Below are positions 50,461 through 63,882 of a DNA stretch of 64,000 nucleotides, in pieces; the first letter of the stretch is position 1, and every line of letters starts with the position of its first letter. The position numbers and the translations under genes are program-made. The stretch is from Euprymna scolopes. Lineage: Eukaryota. The stretch lies in the NCBI GenBank assembly GCA_053919585.1, contig CM132812.1; one strand, 5' to 3'. The notes under the pieces were generated by a model, which saw only the letters and a list, made by a program, of their open reading frames with translations, was not told the DNA's origin and did no database searches.

Positions 50461-52619
50461 TTTCTAAATTTTTGACATGAGGATTGATTAGTTATATTAT
50501 TGGGATTCTTCAGACTACTGTTCTGATCTTGAGTGTCATTTTTGCAACATATCAGTCGATGTAACCTCCAACCTCCTTCAGATGTATCTTGTCAAACTCA
50601 AATCTTTCTGTCGAACTTAGAAATCTGTATAGAATTTTGGATGGAAACTTTCCTTTAATCTACAGGAATAGCATGTTCTTGTTTTGTCAGCTATGACTGA
50701 CTAAAAGTCCTAAGTAATTCGAAATTGTATTTTTAATGTCACCCACACTTCTAGAGGTTGATGGTTCGATCCTCATCTTATCATTACAAAGATCCATACA
50801 CAATCAAGTAGTTTCTGAGATATACTAAAAGAAATAGGCATTATACCTTGTTGACTTGGAATGAGTGTTTTATGCCAAAGTTCTAGAGAAAATGTGGTAT
50901 TGTGGTGATAACAGATGCCATAATACTTTATACCTTAATGAAAAAGGTAAAAGTCAAGATGGACCTGGAAAACGACTGTGATAATTCTGGGGAAAGAGGT
51001 AATATTGAACCTCACATCATCAGGGCATTATTATATCTCTGTTGATAAGATAGGGATCGTCCAGACCCAATAAAAGAATTCAGTTAATCTTGAAGAACTG
51101 AATATTTAAGACAGAAAATTAATCCTACTGAAGCTCCATCGTCAATTTGCTCACCCTTCAAAGAAACAACCAGCGACACTTTTAAAGGATGCTATGACAT
51201 GGAAGGAAGAATATTTTGGAGAAAACAACTTCCAAGTGCCAATTATGCCAGTTGTGTGCAATATTACCCTCTAAACCAGTGGTGTCAATGCTCATGGTAA
51301 AATCATGCAATGAAAAAGTTGCAATATACAAAGGCCGTTGAATCCTTTACATGATTGACATGTGATCCAGATACATTATATCAGTGTTTATTGATAAAAA
51401 AAAAAAACAAGTTGTGTAATTGATGCTCCGATGAAGAATTGGGCTGGAGTATTTGGTATTATGGAATCGTTGATAACTGACAACAGTGAGGAATTCAGAA
51501 GAGATGCGTGAAGTTACCTCGATCCTGAACACTATATGCACCAGCCTTTTTCAGAATGAACTCTGTGAATGTGTACATGCCATAACTGACATGATGCTAC
51601 TGAAGTTGCAAACTTAGAATATTGGAATACAGCCAGGAATACTCCTAACCTGGGCTAACATAACAAGAAACTCCTAATAAATGTACAATGGATTCAGCAG
51701 TTATCAGCTAGTATTCATCAAAAATTAAAACTTGATCCAATCACCAGCTTTGGATGGAGCAACAAGTAACAATTTTTCAGTATTTTAGCACTTTACACAA
51801 AATACATAAGACTTAAATTCAACCTGAAGCATATAAAAGGATCATACATGCTTTAAGATTCAAGATCAGAACATCAGAGCAGGTTTTCCAGAATAGTATT
51901 TTACAAGCAGGATGGAAAAGAACGATGTCTCAAACCAAGGGAGGTAGTTTTCCAGGATGGCAAAGTCATCTTCATGAGGCATGATAGTGTATTTGTGAGA
52001 GTCTCACCAAATAGACTCTGCAAACTAAAACCAGGTTTTAGTGAAACACCTGGGGAAAGTAATCAAAAAGCTATGACTGAAGAAGACCAGGTGGCAGCTG
52101 AAAGAAAGAAAATTCCTACTGTGGTGCCTGCCACTTTGGTAACAGAAACTCTTCCCATTGTGGCACTTACCAACCTGCTTGCTGACTCACAATGATCAAC
52201 CAAAGGATGTTGAATCCATAAAAGCACATTTTTAAAAAAGAAGCAAATCCAGTATAAGTTATCAGGTTCAGAAAACTGGGTTGCAGCTACCATTTTAGGG
52301 AAAGCTGTAAAGAATACTGGAAAACAACAAGGACTGGTAAAACGTTCAGGATAATAGCAGTGATAAGAAGAGAAGTTTAGATTTGCAGAAAATTGAGTGG
52401 AAAGTTTCAGAAGAGCCGGATGAAAATGAACTAGTCCATGTTACAGAGGACACATATAAAGCATATAAAGCATATAAAACAGTGTAAGTCTGTCAAACAA
52501 GTCGAGTTACAAAAACTCTTAGATTTCTGCTCACATGATGAAGTGGAAGACAAAAGCCAAAATACCATATCCACTAGGTGGATGAAACTGAGCATATGGA
52601 AGCAAAAAAGGAACAAATG

Positions 52620-53865
52620 AAAAGGTTGAGATTTTTTTAAACCTTTTATCTAAGTGATCATGAAACGAACTGCTTGGCGAGACAGGATGTTCTGGCAGCA
52701 GCGGCGATGGAAATGCTGGTCGGGTGTTTAATATGACTCGGTGACGATCTAGTGTTAGGTCAGGCTGAGGCGGGGGCATCGATGTCAGGAATGTGGCTTA
52801 TGTGTTCTGGCGTCTGGAATACTTGTGCAGTGGCAGCGATGACAGGAATGTGGCTTAATGTTCTAGTGTCTGGAATATGGGTGCGGCGATGGGAGAAGAG
52901 GAGTAATCCTAATAGCATGCGTTGCTGTGGAGAGTTGGTGACAGTGGCTCCTGCTATTGGCAGGGCAAACCTCACTGTCTGGTATGCTGTGGTTATCTAG
53001 CTACAGCGGCGACGGAAGAGGGGTAGTCTTCAAGGCTTGCTGTCCAGTATCACAAGTGAGATGGTGGCAGTTGCGCAGTAATTTTAGTAGCTGTTTTCGC
53101 TGGCGAGAGGTTAACAGCTGTTGGCTGGTGAGCTGTGGTGATCTGGCAGCGACGAAAGAGGGGTAGTCTTCAAGGCTTGCTGTTCAGTATCACGAGTGAG
53201 ATCGTGATGGCAGCAGTGGTGCAGTAATTTTAATAGTTGTTGTTGCTGGCGAAAGGTTAATGGCTACAGGCTGGTGACGGAGCGAGATTCGCAGCTTGAC
53301 ATGCTGGGCCGATCTGCTCACTTGTCGAAAAAGCTGTCATTTTTATACTTCCGATGCAGACGTAGTTGTAAACAAAAGGCGGCTTTTATCACTGGTCAGC
53401 GTTTTCGCTTTTTATTTGTGTTTTTTTTTTTTTGTGTTTTAATGTGTTGTAGGGAGTCGTCTGTTTGGTGTTTGTATACATGTGTTATATCAATTTAAAG
53501 CTAAGAAAGTTGTGAATGCGTTCTAGTAGGTGTTGTAGTGTTTTGTGAGATAATTATTTGTGTTTATATGCTGCCGTAGTTGCGTCTGCTGTGATGTTTG
53601 TGTTTTGTATTTTGATTTTTCTTTTGATGTACAGCTTCCTCTGGTAGTTTTCTTTGTTGAAGTGAGGTGCGAGTTATTCCGTTGATGTGTGTATATAAAA
53701 AATGGGCTTTGATGTTATCGTGTGTGTTTAGTGTGTTCATTTATTTTGTATTGACAAACCGGGTTCGTCTTAGCATCGCCATTATTGTCACTGCTGCTGC
53801 TCCTGCTGGTTTCTGGTTAATTTATGTAAATATGGAGGGATATGCGATATAACCTTGTGATGTGT
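52620..53865. repeat. Unclassified insertion in the copia relic; right end shared with 30270-30421; internal ~140-bp duplication
   Basis: GGAGGGATATGCGATATAACC at ~30392 and ~53834; duplicated units ~53008-53120 and ~53148-53270. Confidence 0.6.
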
Positions 53866-55107
53866 TTATTCAACCACTAGTAGAGATCAGCACCCTCAAA
53901 GGTTTTATTTGGAAACTGAGTTATGGCTTATATGGCCTCAAAGATGGTGGCAGTCAAATTTTTTTAGTGTCTGAAATGAACTCCTCTCCTTGGGATCTAC
54001 ACAGTCAAAACTTGACTCTGCTATGTTTATGAGGACAGAGAATGGATGACTGTCAGATATTATAAGTTGCCATATAGATGATTCCTCCCATGCGAGTAAT
54101 AAATATTTTGAGACAATAATCAATAAGTTATGCACAAGACTCCTGGCTGGAAAAATTGAAGATGAAGACTTTAAATTGGTTTCTGGATTACATAAGAAGT
54201 TGATGGTATAACAGTGGATCACACAGGTTATATATACAATTTGGATCATCCACGGCTGGAGCCAGGAAAGACTCCTTAGAAGTTTGATCAACTCAACCCA
54301 AAAGAGCAAACACTATACCAAAGAATAGTTAGACAGGTAAATTGGACTATATAAGGTTCAAACCCCAATCTAGCTTTTAAAATGGTTGACATGAGCACTG
54401 AACTCAATCAAACAGTTAGTGACTTGATACAAGTGATAAAAACAGTTGGATGCTTAAAAGAAATCAAATCCACCCAACTATACTCACAGCAAAAAGAGAA
54501 ACAAGGTTAACAATTGGGAAGTTTTTGTTTATATAGATTCTGCTCTAGGAAACTTCAATGATGGAAAAGGCAGTGTTGAGGATTACTTGATATGGTTGAG
54601 GATAGGTTTAGAAATTGCTGCCCCATGGTCTGGCAGGCTGAAAACATAAGGAGAGTTGGTTAGATCAACGATAACAGCTGAAGGTTTGGCTTTACTAGAA
54701 GGTTTAGGGAGCTGTTAGCCAATCTCTTAACTACAGAGTAAAGCAGACTACCAATCACAACTTTTGTGGGCAACAAAACATTATTGAAACATTACAGTCT
54801 ACTAAACTAGTGATGATATATGTGTTTGCATGTTGACATTACTGCTCTCTGTGAAATGCAGTACAACAACTTGGTGTCCTTAAAATGGTGCAGAGAAGAT
54901 CCAGCTTGCCAATTCACTCACTAAGAGAGAACCATGTGGGACTGAACTTTTAAACATTCTTCAAAACGGAAAGATGCCAAAAGAATTTATATAAAAAAAA
55001 TTTTTTCATGAGAGGCATAATAATCCTCCAGATCCAAGGGTAGTCTAACCCAATGAAGATTATAAAAAAGTAGGGAATGTAGAGAAAACACAATTAACGT
55101 TAATATA

Positions 55108-56389
55108 TTAGGTTGACAAGAAAGTTCTTGTGGCTTTTAACTTTCAAATTCAGATGAACATATCTTGGTTCAAACAGAAATTTATTGATCAAAATAAGCA
55201 CCATCAGAATCGACACACTTTTGCTAACTAAATATAAAAATAAAACAAGTGTATTTACACCATTAACGTAAAAATTTTGCATTCTGGTGGCGATGAAGTT
55301 ACTGAAGGTGTTTTTTATATCAGGTTTTTAAGCATTTCTCACACAGAAAGTTGTCGAGATGCTTGAAAAAGTGGTAGTCAGAAGGTGAGAAGTCTGGAGA
55401 GTATGGCAGATAAGGCAAAGTTTCGTAGCTCAAGTCATTCAACTTCTTCAGGATCGGTTTAGCAACGTACGGTTGGGCATTATCATGGAGGAGAATTGGG
55501 CCTTTTCTGTTGACTAATGCTGGGTGTTGTTGTCGAAGTTTCTCATGCATTTCATCAATTTGTTGACAGTACTTTTCTGTCATAATGGTTTCGCCTGCAT
55601 TAAAAAACCTGTAATGGATGAAACCGGTCGCAGATCACCAAACAGTCAGCATGACCTTCTTTTGGTGCAACTCTGGCTTTGGGAAGCGTTGTGTAGCTTT
55701 CTCTGCATCTAATCACTGAGCTGAGTATCACTGGTTGTCATAAAGAACCCACTTTTCATCACAAGTCACAACCTGGTTTAGAAATAGATCGTTCTTGTGT
55801 AAAAAAAATGGAAGATGACATTTCATAATGGGGTTTTCTTTGGTTATTGTTCAATTCATGAGGCACCCATTTATCAAGTTTTTTCGTATTTTCAATCTCT
55901 CTCAAGTGGTTAGAAATCGTTGTATATGTTAGTCTAATTCAGAAGCAAATTCTGAAACAGTTTTGCATGGATTGACTTTGACTAAGGCTCTTCATTGATC
56001 GTTGTCATCATCCGATGACCGACCATTACGCTAATCATCTTCAAGACTCTTGTCGCTGCCACGAAGTTTCTTAAATCACCATTGTTCTGTGCATTCAGTA
56101 GTAGTTCCTGGGCCAAATGCTTCATTGATATCGTGAGCTGTTTCAGCAGCTTTTCAACCTAGCTTGAATTGAAATAAGAAAATTGTGCCAATTTGCTTTT
56201 TTTCCGTCTTGTATTCAACATTTTGAAAAGAAGACATGTTTTAAAACAATTGTAATTTAAACAATTAGATAAAGTGAAAAACGCTCTTTAAAATGATTTA
56301 TGAAGTAAAGTTATAATGAAAATTTATTTTAAAATACATCATTTGAAATCCAAATTAAAAATTTTGCAAGAACTTTCTTCCTACCCTAA
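55108..56389 (-). mobile_element. Mariner (cecropia/Hsmar1-like), decayed, inserted in the copia 3' LTR
   Basis: Imperfect TIRs TTAGGTTGACAAGAAAGTTCTTG / CAAGAACTTTCTTCCTACCCTAA with TA flanks; HPALVNRKGPILLHDNA...PYSPDFSPSDYHFFKHLDNFL. Confidence 0.9.
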
Positions 56390-58157
56390 TATTAATGGAT
56401 GCAGGGACTTAAATCCTCTTCTATCTTCAACGATGGGGGAATTCTTTAATAACAAAGTCTTTTATATACATCAAGTGGCCTCAGTGAGAGACAATCTGTA
56501 TCGTTGAGTGGAGAGGTTCCTAAGAAATAAACCATCCTGTCAAATCCAAGCAACTATCTGTTGTGTTTTTTTCCAGTAATACTAACAAGGTATAATACAC
56601 CCTCCCAGGCCTTTGCCTCCCATCTTTCGGGGAGAGGAGGGTTAAGTTGATTGCTTACACCTTAAACGCCCCTATTGAGGAACGCCAATAGATCAGCCCA
56701 GGCAATTTTGAAATGGCCAAAGTGTTCTTCCATTAGTAGTGTTGGCTTCACTTTTCCCATCTTCTTGAACTTCTGTCACATCTTCTTGTGATGAGAAGGA
56801 AACAAATAAAGAATTCCGCTTGACATTTTTATTCCGGCTCCAAAGCCAACAGTTTAGACCATTTTTTAAATGACATTTTTGTTGCCTGAAGTTAAGACTT
56901 GCCTACCATTGTTCGGGGTGAGTAAGTTAATTGCCTACTGGCTGCCCCGCCCTTATCAAGAAATGCAGATGGGTCTGTCTAGGCAATTTTTAAATGCCCA
57001 GCGTATTCTTCCTTTAGGGGTGCTGGCTTCACTTTCCCCATTTACCAAACCTTTTGTCATATCTTCCTGTAGTTGGAAGGAAGTAAATAGAAAAATTATC
57101 CCAGAGGCTGAGATGCCCCACTGCCAACTGCTTGGCCAGCATTGAGTTTAGGAAGTGGTGGAAAACAACACCAGCAGCAACAAATCAAATTGCCCTTTTT
57201 AGGACAGCTCACAAACTACAGAAACGTGATTTCTCTTCCATACCTTGCTGCCTGTTTCATCTGCCTGACTGTAACTATTCTCTCCAGCTCCGACTGCTAC
57301 ATGTCCAGTTCCTGCATCAGTTCACTCCTTCATTTCCTCCTCCGCCTTCTGCAGTGTCCTGCAACTCTAGCCGCAGCTCACTTCTCCAGCTTCAAGTTCC
57401 TATGACTCCATCTCACTTCTGCAGCTTCCAGCACCTCATGCTCCAGCAACTTTCAGCAGTTTTCTCCAGCAGCACCTGCTCATACTTCTGCTTGTCCTAG
57501 CTCCTTCCATTGGTTCCTGTCAATAGCCTACAACTTCTTGTTCCAGTGCCCATTGATCCTCACTCTCTGTTTCGGTGCTCAGTAGCTTCCGGCATTCAAC
57601 ATTTAGCCCTCTGTTCCAGTAATTGTCAATGCCTAGCTCAAGGATCCTGCCTTTTCTGCAACTACTATTCCTGTCGATATAGCTCTCAGTTACATCCGCA
57701 CGGACCAGACCTACCTGAGTATCTCATTACACCTCAGGGATATCCACATCAATTTCTATGTGACATCATTCTATGCTGTCCAGGATCCAATTTCCACATT
57801 CTCAGTCTTTCGAGTTATTCAGCACTGCACATTTCTGTCCATCCAGTCTCCACTGCTGCCCAGGTACAACATTTCCGGTTCCTCGGCTTTCTTGTTTCCA
57901 GAATTTTTGTCAATCAATTTCCTCCAGTTCTTCTACCTTTTTCCTTTGGTATTTATGATGAAATAAGTACATTTCTTTTATAACGGTTCATTTGCATTTG
58001 TCATCTCTTCTTTACCAATTTTTTTGTTTTTACCTGTGTCTACTTTCTTAGCTCTCTGGTCGATTGGCATCCTCAACCTATTGGCCACCTGCAACAGAGA
58101 TATACAATATGTAGACATTTTCTCATGTTTATGAAAATTGTTTTTGTTTTTTTACAG

Positions 58158-58274
58158 ATAAGAATTTTAACGTTAACATCAATGGCATCAACTTGATTGT
58201 AGTGCAAGGAAATATCGTTGATGAACATGTTGATGGAATTGTTCATGGGACAAATACACATTTCAGTTTAAATG
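58158..58274 (+). CDS. PARP14-like exon I (start of macrodomain 3)
   Basis: Poly-T ACAG acceptor, GTAAGA donor; DKNFNVNINGINLIVVQGNIVDEHVDGIVHGTNTHFSLN/G. Confidence 0.9.
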
Positions 58275-58941
58275 GTAAGAAAAAATAAATTATACATCCA
58301 ATTAAAAAGATTTATGTTCATTTTGTTTTCCAAAATAAAAAATACATATTTATGCTTTTAGGAAAAGAGCAATTTTTTTTCTACAGTGTTGCCATTTAAT
58401 TCACATAGTGTCAGTATACACGATAAAGATAAATGTGAATAGACGGCAAAATATTAAGTCTCTTTACATTTTTATTATCCATAAAGAGATATATTCTTTG
58501 TAGTTATGCAAGAACAATGTTTTTTCAAACATTTCACATTTTATGAATTTTCCAAAAAAATCAATGTAGAATAGTGATATTGTTGGTGATCCAATTGATC
58601 ACAGGAAAGGTGGCCTCATTGATGGGGATGTCGGATTTGATCTAAAAAGTCATTCATGTCCAGGGTTTGAATCATGCGAATCTGGCTGGACAGTGATATT
58701 CACACTGACTATTCTGCAAGGATGAAAGGTATACATATTTGGATAATAATTTTANNNNNNNNNNNNNNNNNNNNNNNNNNNNNNNNNNNNNNNNNNNNNN
58801 NNNNNNNNNNNNNNNNNNNNNNNNNNNNNNNNNNNNNNNNNNNNNNNNNNNNNNNNNNNNNNNNNNNNNNNNNNNNNNNNNNNNNNNNNNNNNNNNNNNN
58901 NNNNNNNNNNNNNNNNNNNNNNNNNNNNNNNNNNNNNNNNN

Positions 58942-59030
58942 ATGATAAGCAAACAGGTTCTCCCCTAGGTCTGGCTTTAGCAAATATTTTTGTAGGTTTC
59001 CACAAAGAGAGTCTACTTTCTATTTTTAAA
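58942..59030 (+). mobile_element. Penelope-like RT fragment
   Basis: GSPLGLALANIFVGFHKE resembles the PLE motif GSPLGPxLANIF. Confidence 0.6.
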
Positions 59031-59059
59031 AGCCAGACCACTGCCTCCTCTGCTCTCAT

Positions 59060-61692
59060 AGTCTCCTCAGTATTTAAAGTTTAATACTTTTAAGTTGTAG
59101 AAACATTAGAGTTTCTCCATTCTCAGGACACAGCCTGTTCCTCATAGTTTCATACACATTACCACCTGTAATGAAGAGTCTATGACTCTCCACAGATGAA
59201 GGTGGTGCACTTAAATATTTTGACGCCAGTTTACTTAGCAGTGGTAAGGTCTCGTGTGTCTTTTTCCATCACTGAAATGGATCATCACCCCTTGCAAGTA
59301 ATAGTAAAGTTACATAATGATCAAGTTATTTTGTGCACTTAAGCATAAGTTTAGATTGTGATTCTTGTAGTTGCAATCTCAAGGTTTAACTCAGCTTCTA
59401 CATGCTCTAAGTTTTGATTGGTTACTGTAGGCTGATTTGAAGCTTATTCATCAAACAGGTTTAAAAGAAATACAGTTTTACTTTCACGTTAATCTTCTTG
59501 ACTCTCAACAGAGCTGTAAGAAGTGTATCCTGCTGATTCTGTTCATTATCATCAGTAGAAAGTAAAAGATGTAGAATCCAATTCTTAATGTCATTCTTTG
59601 GAAATTTAAATTTGAATCTTGGATCTAGGAAAATAGACACACACAAGTTTTTATGATTTAGGTAGGATGAAAATCTTGTTTCCATTGATAACCTGAATTG
59701 TCCAACAGTGGTAAGGATTCGACTCAAGTCAGAAATATTAGAATTAGGTTGGACAGCTTTTACAAGAAATAACCTTAAAGCTAAAATTGTAGGTATTATC
59801 ATCTATATGGTTCAAGTTCTGTGGCTTGCTTCTTTGGTGATTTCTTCAAATGGTCTCAATAACTGAGCAATTTTTTGAACAAGTCCCCATTTATAAGTTG
59901 TTGAGGAAGGAATCTTATTATCAACAACATGCATTACAAAAGCTTTTCATTGTTCTAAATTTCTTTTAAGCATCTTGAATGAGTTTATGTTTTTCCAAAT
60001 AAAGCTGATTGTGTATTTCAGTTAATTTACTAATTGCTAATGGAGAGTAATTGAGAAGTGAGAGACTATATTTTTGTTAGTTGTAATGATTGTCTTAAGA
60101 GCCTGTTGGGAAAATAATGAGTTACAATGTATGTATGAAGCATGATAGTGATTCTAAACCTTATTCCCTGACACCAGCAACCATATTTGTTCCTGAATCC
60201 CGCAAGAATAAGAAAACTTTGAAGATTTTATATTCATCTAGAACATTGTACAATTTTTCACTTATTCTTGCACCTGTCTGTGCATAGAACAACTCTAAGC
60301 ACAGCTCTGCACTGTTCAAAGTCATTTGAATTGAATGATTTGTCAAACTAAAAATGGGAACATTTTGTAGCTGTCCAAATGTCTGTAGTTCATAAAATGC
60401 TGCTAATTTCATCAAGAGACAATTTGTCTTATTTTTGTAAATATATTGAAAATTAGATCAATTTTTACCACGTGCGCCAGCGTATTATAAGCACCCCAAC
60501 CTCCCCATGTTAAGAACGGCTTTTGGAATAAACACTCCCCCAACTTCTAAAGCCGTTCTTAACACGTGGAGGTTGGGGAGGTGTTTCTTCCGAAAGCCGT
60601 TCTTAACATGGGGAGGTTGGGGTGTTTATAATATGCTGGGGCACATTGTAAAAATTGACCGAAAATTATTTTAGAGTGAAGTACTTTATTAATGGAATAC
60701 TGTAATTTGAACAAAGTTTTGCAATAAGCCTATTAAATCCAATGTCAGATGTTACAGATAATGGATCTCTTGTGACCTGTGGTCATTAATATCCCAAACT
60801 TTCTTTTTGGCCAATATTGATTCTATAGTAGTTTGGTGTTTCACTGGAGGCTCAGAGTCGCTCCAACTTGTTCCTGGAATGTTTGTCCCTGAGTATTCAT
60901 TGCTTCCTTTTTTATCTACAACTTTTGCTTCTTTTGGATGAACATTTTTAAGATGGATAAGTTGTAAAAGTTTTTGCTGATTTCCCACCCCTTTTTACCA
61001 TGGTTTGACATAACTTGCAGACAGCTGTATTCTTATTCTTGGGATTGACATCAAAATACTTCCAATAGAATCTGGTTTCCATAATGATTGAAAGTTGTCA
61101 ATGTTTAATTATTTTTTTACGTAATTAAATGACTTATGTCTAATATCTAATTAGTAATTTATCTCAATAAAATATGCGGTATCTAAACCAGAAAAATAAA
61201 AATATATCTGTAATGGTAGCAAGAGTCCAAAAATGAGGAACAAGAGTATGATTGATGAAGAATGATTTATTTTTGGTTCGTACATCGCCGCAATTTACTA
61301 TACAATTGCTCAACATGAAAACTGAAAAATGAAGTAATAATTTTCTTTATCAGTGATTTAAAGTAAAAAATAATAATGTTAATTCGATAGGAAGGAGGGA
61401 ATTTTTTCATATGTTTACATCTATTTGCCTCAAATTCAGTGCACATGTTAACAGCAGGTCATGCTTGTCATTTGATAATATGGTGTAACCGATGCATGTA
61501 GTTTTGATAAATTTTCACTGGCAAACAAAAAAGGGAGTTAACTTGTCTTTGTTTACAATATAAGTTAATTAATATTAGTATCATTTATGACAACAAAATT
61601 GGCTGATAAATCGGCCGGTTAATCAGTAATTGGCCGATTATCAAAGGATGATTAATCAGTAATCAGCCAATTTGCTAATCGGTACATCCCTA
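59060..61692 (-). mobile_element. Decayed hAT transposon (BED finger, dimerization domain)
   Basis: Minus strand WKYFDVNPKNKNTAVCKLC (~61010-61070), LRDSGTNMVAG, SIFLDPRFK, APPSSVE; TIR TAGGGATG at 61685-61692 with AATCRG subterminal repeats. Other end not located. Confidence 0.82.
60456..60660. mobile_element. Palindromic MITE with 8-bp TSD, nested in the hAT relic
   Basis: ~90-bp imperfect TIRs (GATCAATTTT...AAAATTGACC); GAAAATTA at 60448-60455 and 60661-60668. Confidence 0.85.
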
Positions 61693-61703
61693 ATCTCATC
61701 ATG

Positions 61704-61785
<82 letters not shown>

Positions 61786-61786
<1 letters not shown>

Positions 61787-61837
61787 TAGCAGTTCAGCCC
61801 AGCTTTGCTTGAGCCCTATATACTGTTCATAACTTTA

Positions 61838-61900
<63 letters not shown>

Positions 61901-62490
61901 TAGAGTCTGCAAAGGTCAACTCTCTCAACTTCGACCTTTTGGCAACCAAATTTTCGCCCAAAAACTGATTAAGAAATTTACTGCATATCTGAATACCCTT
62001 TACGTAAAATTTGCTGAATAGTTTGCTAGAGACCGCAAAGGTCAAATCTTTTGAACTTTGACCCCTTGGTAGCTAAATCTTTGGCCAAAAACCGATTAAA
62101 AGCTTGCTCTATGTCTGAATACACTTTATGTAAACTTTCAAATGTTTAGACTAAATTTGACTGAGAGGTAAATTTTTTTTAACTTTGACTCCAATTTTGA
62201 CCCCTTAACATTTATTGTTTTGCGCTCAAATCAAGTTAAAAGTTTGATCCATGTCCAAGGAACCTACATCTAAAATTTCAAGTGTTTAGACCCAAAATTG
62301 ATGGATGAGTTTGGTAGAGTTTTCAAAGATCAAATCCTTGACATAAAAACTTTTAGCTGAAAACCGATTAAAAAGATTTTCCCAAATCTCAGTACTTATG
62401 TCAAATCTCGAGTCTGTAGACTGAAAATTGACTGAGTAATTTGGTAGGGAAATGTACACACACAGACAGATACACAGACTATTTCACTTA
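61786..62490 (-). mobile_element. Helitron-like element, same family as 1120-3054 and 46103-46490
   Basis: Reverse complement of the same units; CTAG at 61786-61789. Confidence 0.75.
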
Positions 62491-62508
62491 TATATATATG
62501 TATACATA

Positions 62509-62557
<49 letters not shown>

Positions 62558-63015
62558 TTTTGATTTACATAATCAGTAGTCATGAGCATATTTATATATA
62601 TAGTTTTTAGTAATTCGAGACCTCTTCAGACGATGCAGCTTATATGAAAGCAAAGTTTACTATGAAAATATCAAGTCTTCACGTCACAGGGAGTCAATAT
62701 CAGGAGGTTCTGTCAAATGTTGTTAAAAATCGGTACAAGGAATAAAATTTGGTTGTATGTAAAGAAGACTAAATAGGGTTATGGATTAGGGTCTGTGTTG
62801 AGATACAAGAATATTATTTTTGTTGTTTTTAGTATGTTGCTTAGTTTGCTTTTTTGGTTGAGTCAGACAAAATATTTTGCTATGTGTTTGAAGATATATA
62901 CCCCCAACTTATAATAATAATTGAAAAAACAAAAATAATATTTATTAAACAAAGTATGAAAAAATAACAAATGGTTTCACTCCTTTGAACATATATATAT
63001 ATATATATATATATA

Positions 63016-63694
63016 CTAGCGGGGGTACCCGGCGTTGCCCGAGTGTTTGTTTCCGGGACGGGGGGGGGAGTTTTAAAAAATGTTATGGTAGGTAAGTAGG
63101 AAGGATCAAACCCGGAGTCATGAGTAAAAGTAGGAAAATAAAGTGTGAAAAAAAAAAAAAACATCTGCAACGTTAACAGTTCGGCCACCAAGAAAAGTCC
63201 ATTCCAGTTGTTTAGGAAAAAAAAAAAAAAAAATACGACTAGGGTAGGTCGGCGCAAACGTGAAAATATAATGTGAATTGTCCAGCACGCTAACCACTAC
63301 GCCACAGAGCACTGCAGCTTAGTTTAGTGATTTTAAATAACTTCACATGAAAGAACTACGAAGCCAAACCGGTGTTCTCTTCTCAACTGTTCCTTGTGAA
63401 CGATCCCCAAACGGTGTTAAGTGGTGGCAGGGGGAGGAGGAATTTATTAGAGAGAAAATATTTTACCACTTCCATTGATCTTAACCGATTTTGGCCGTGA
63501 CTTCTCAGCAGAAAAAGTATAGAAATCTAAGATTATCGAGGAATTTGAGAAATAGTAAGCCTATAACACACCTCAGATATTGTTCTGCCGTTTGTGCATA
63601 TTATATTTGCATGAAATATCTTGATTTTTAATCCTATTAATGTCAAAATCAGACGGGGGGGGAAAAAATGAGTTCATTTTATTTATATAGAAGA
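63016..63694 (-). mobile_element. Non-autonomous Helitron
   Basis: Minus strand A|TC...CGGGCAACGCCGGG...CTAG|T: TC start, subterminal hairpin, CTAG end, AT target. Confidence 0.8.
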
Positions 63695-63882
63695 TAGAAG
63701 AAGAAGAGCGAAACAGTACTGTATGTGGATGACTATAGTGCTCCTCACCTTGAGTTGAGCATATTGAGAAGTGAAAAACGAATTACCATTAGCATATAAG
63801 CGACGCTCTTTGTGTAAACAAATGGAGCGGAGGTATTTCGGACGATATCAAAACATTGTTAAACTCACTACTCGTTCAAGCA

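Larger units (their letters stand above)
50460..56587 (+). mobile_element. Decayed Ty1/copia (GalEa-like) retrotransposon with nested insertions
   Basis: Order IN (LLKLHRQFAHP ~51125) - RT (WKL..GLYGLKDG ~53910, HIDD ~54070) - RNase H (RSTITAEGLALLEG, QLANSLTKR); PPT 55062-55077; 3' LTR TG(55078)...CA(56587) interrupted by a mariner. Confidence 0.78.

Noticed and set aside
58672-59084. ORFs containing X runs (also ~1984-2340, 40017-40512, 44087-44436)
   Set aside because: Open only because they cross assembly gaps.
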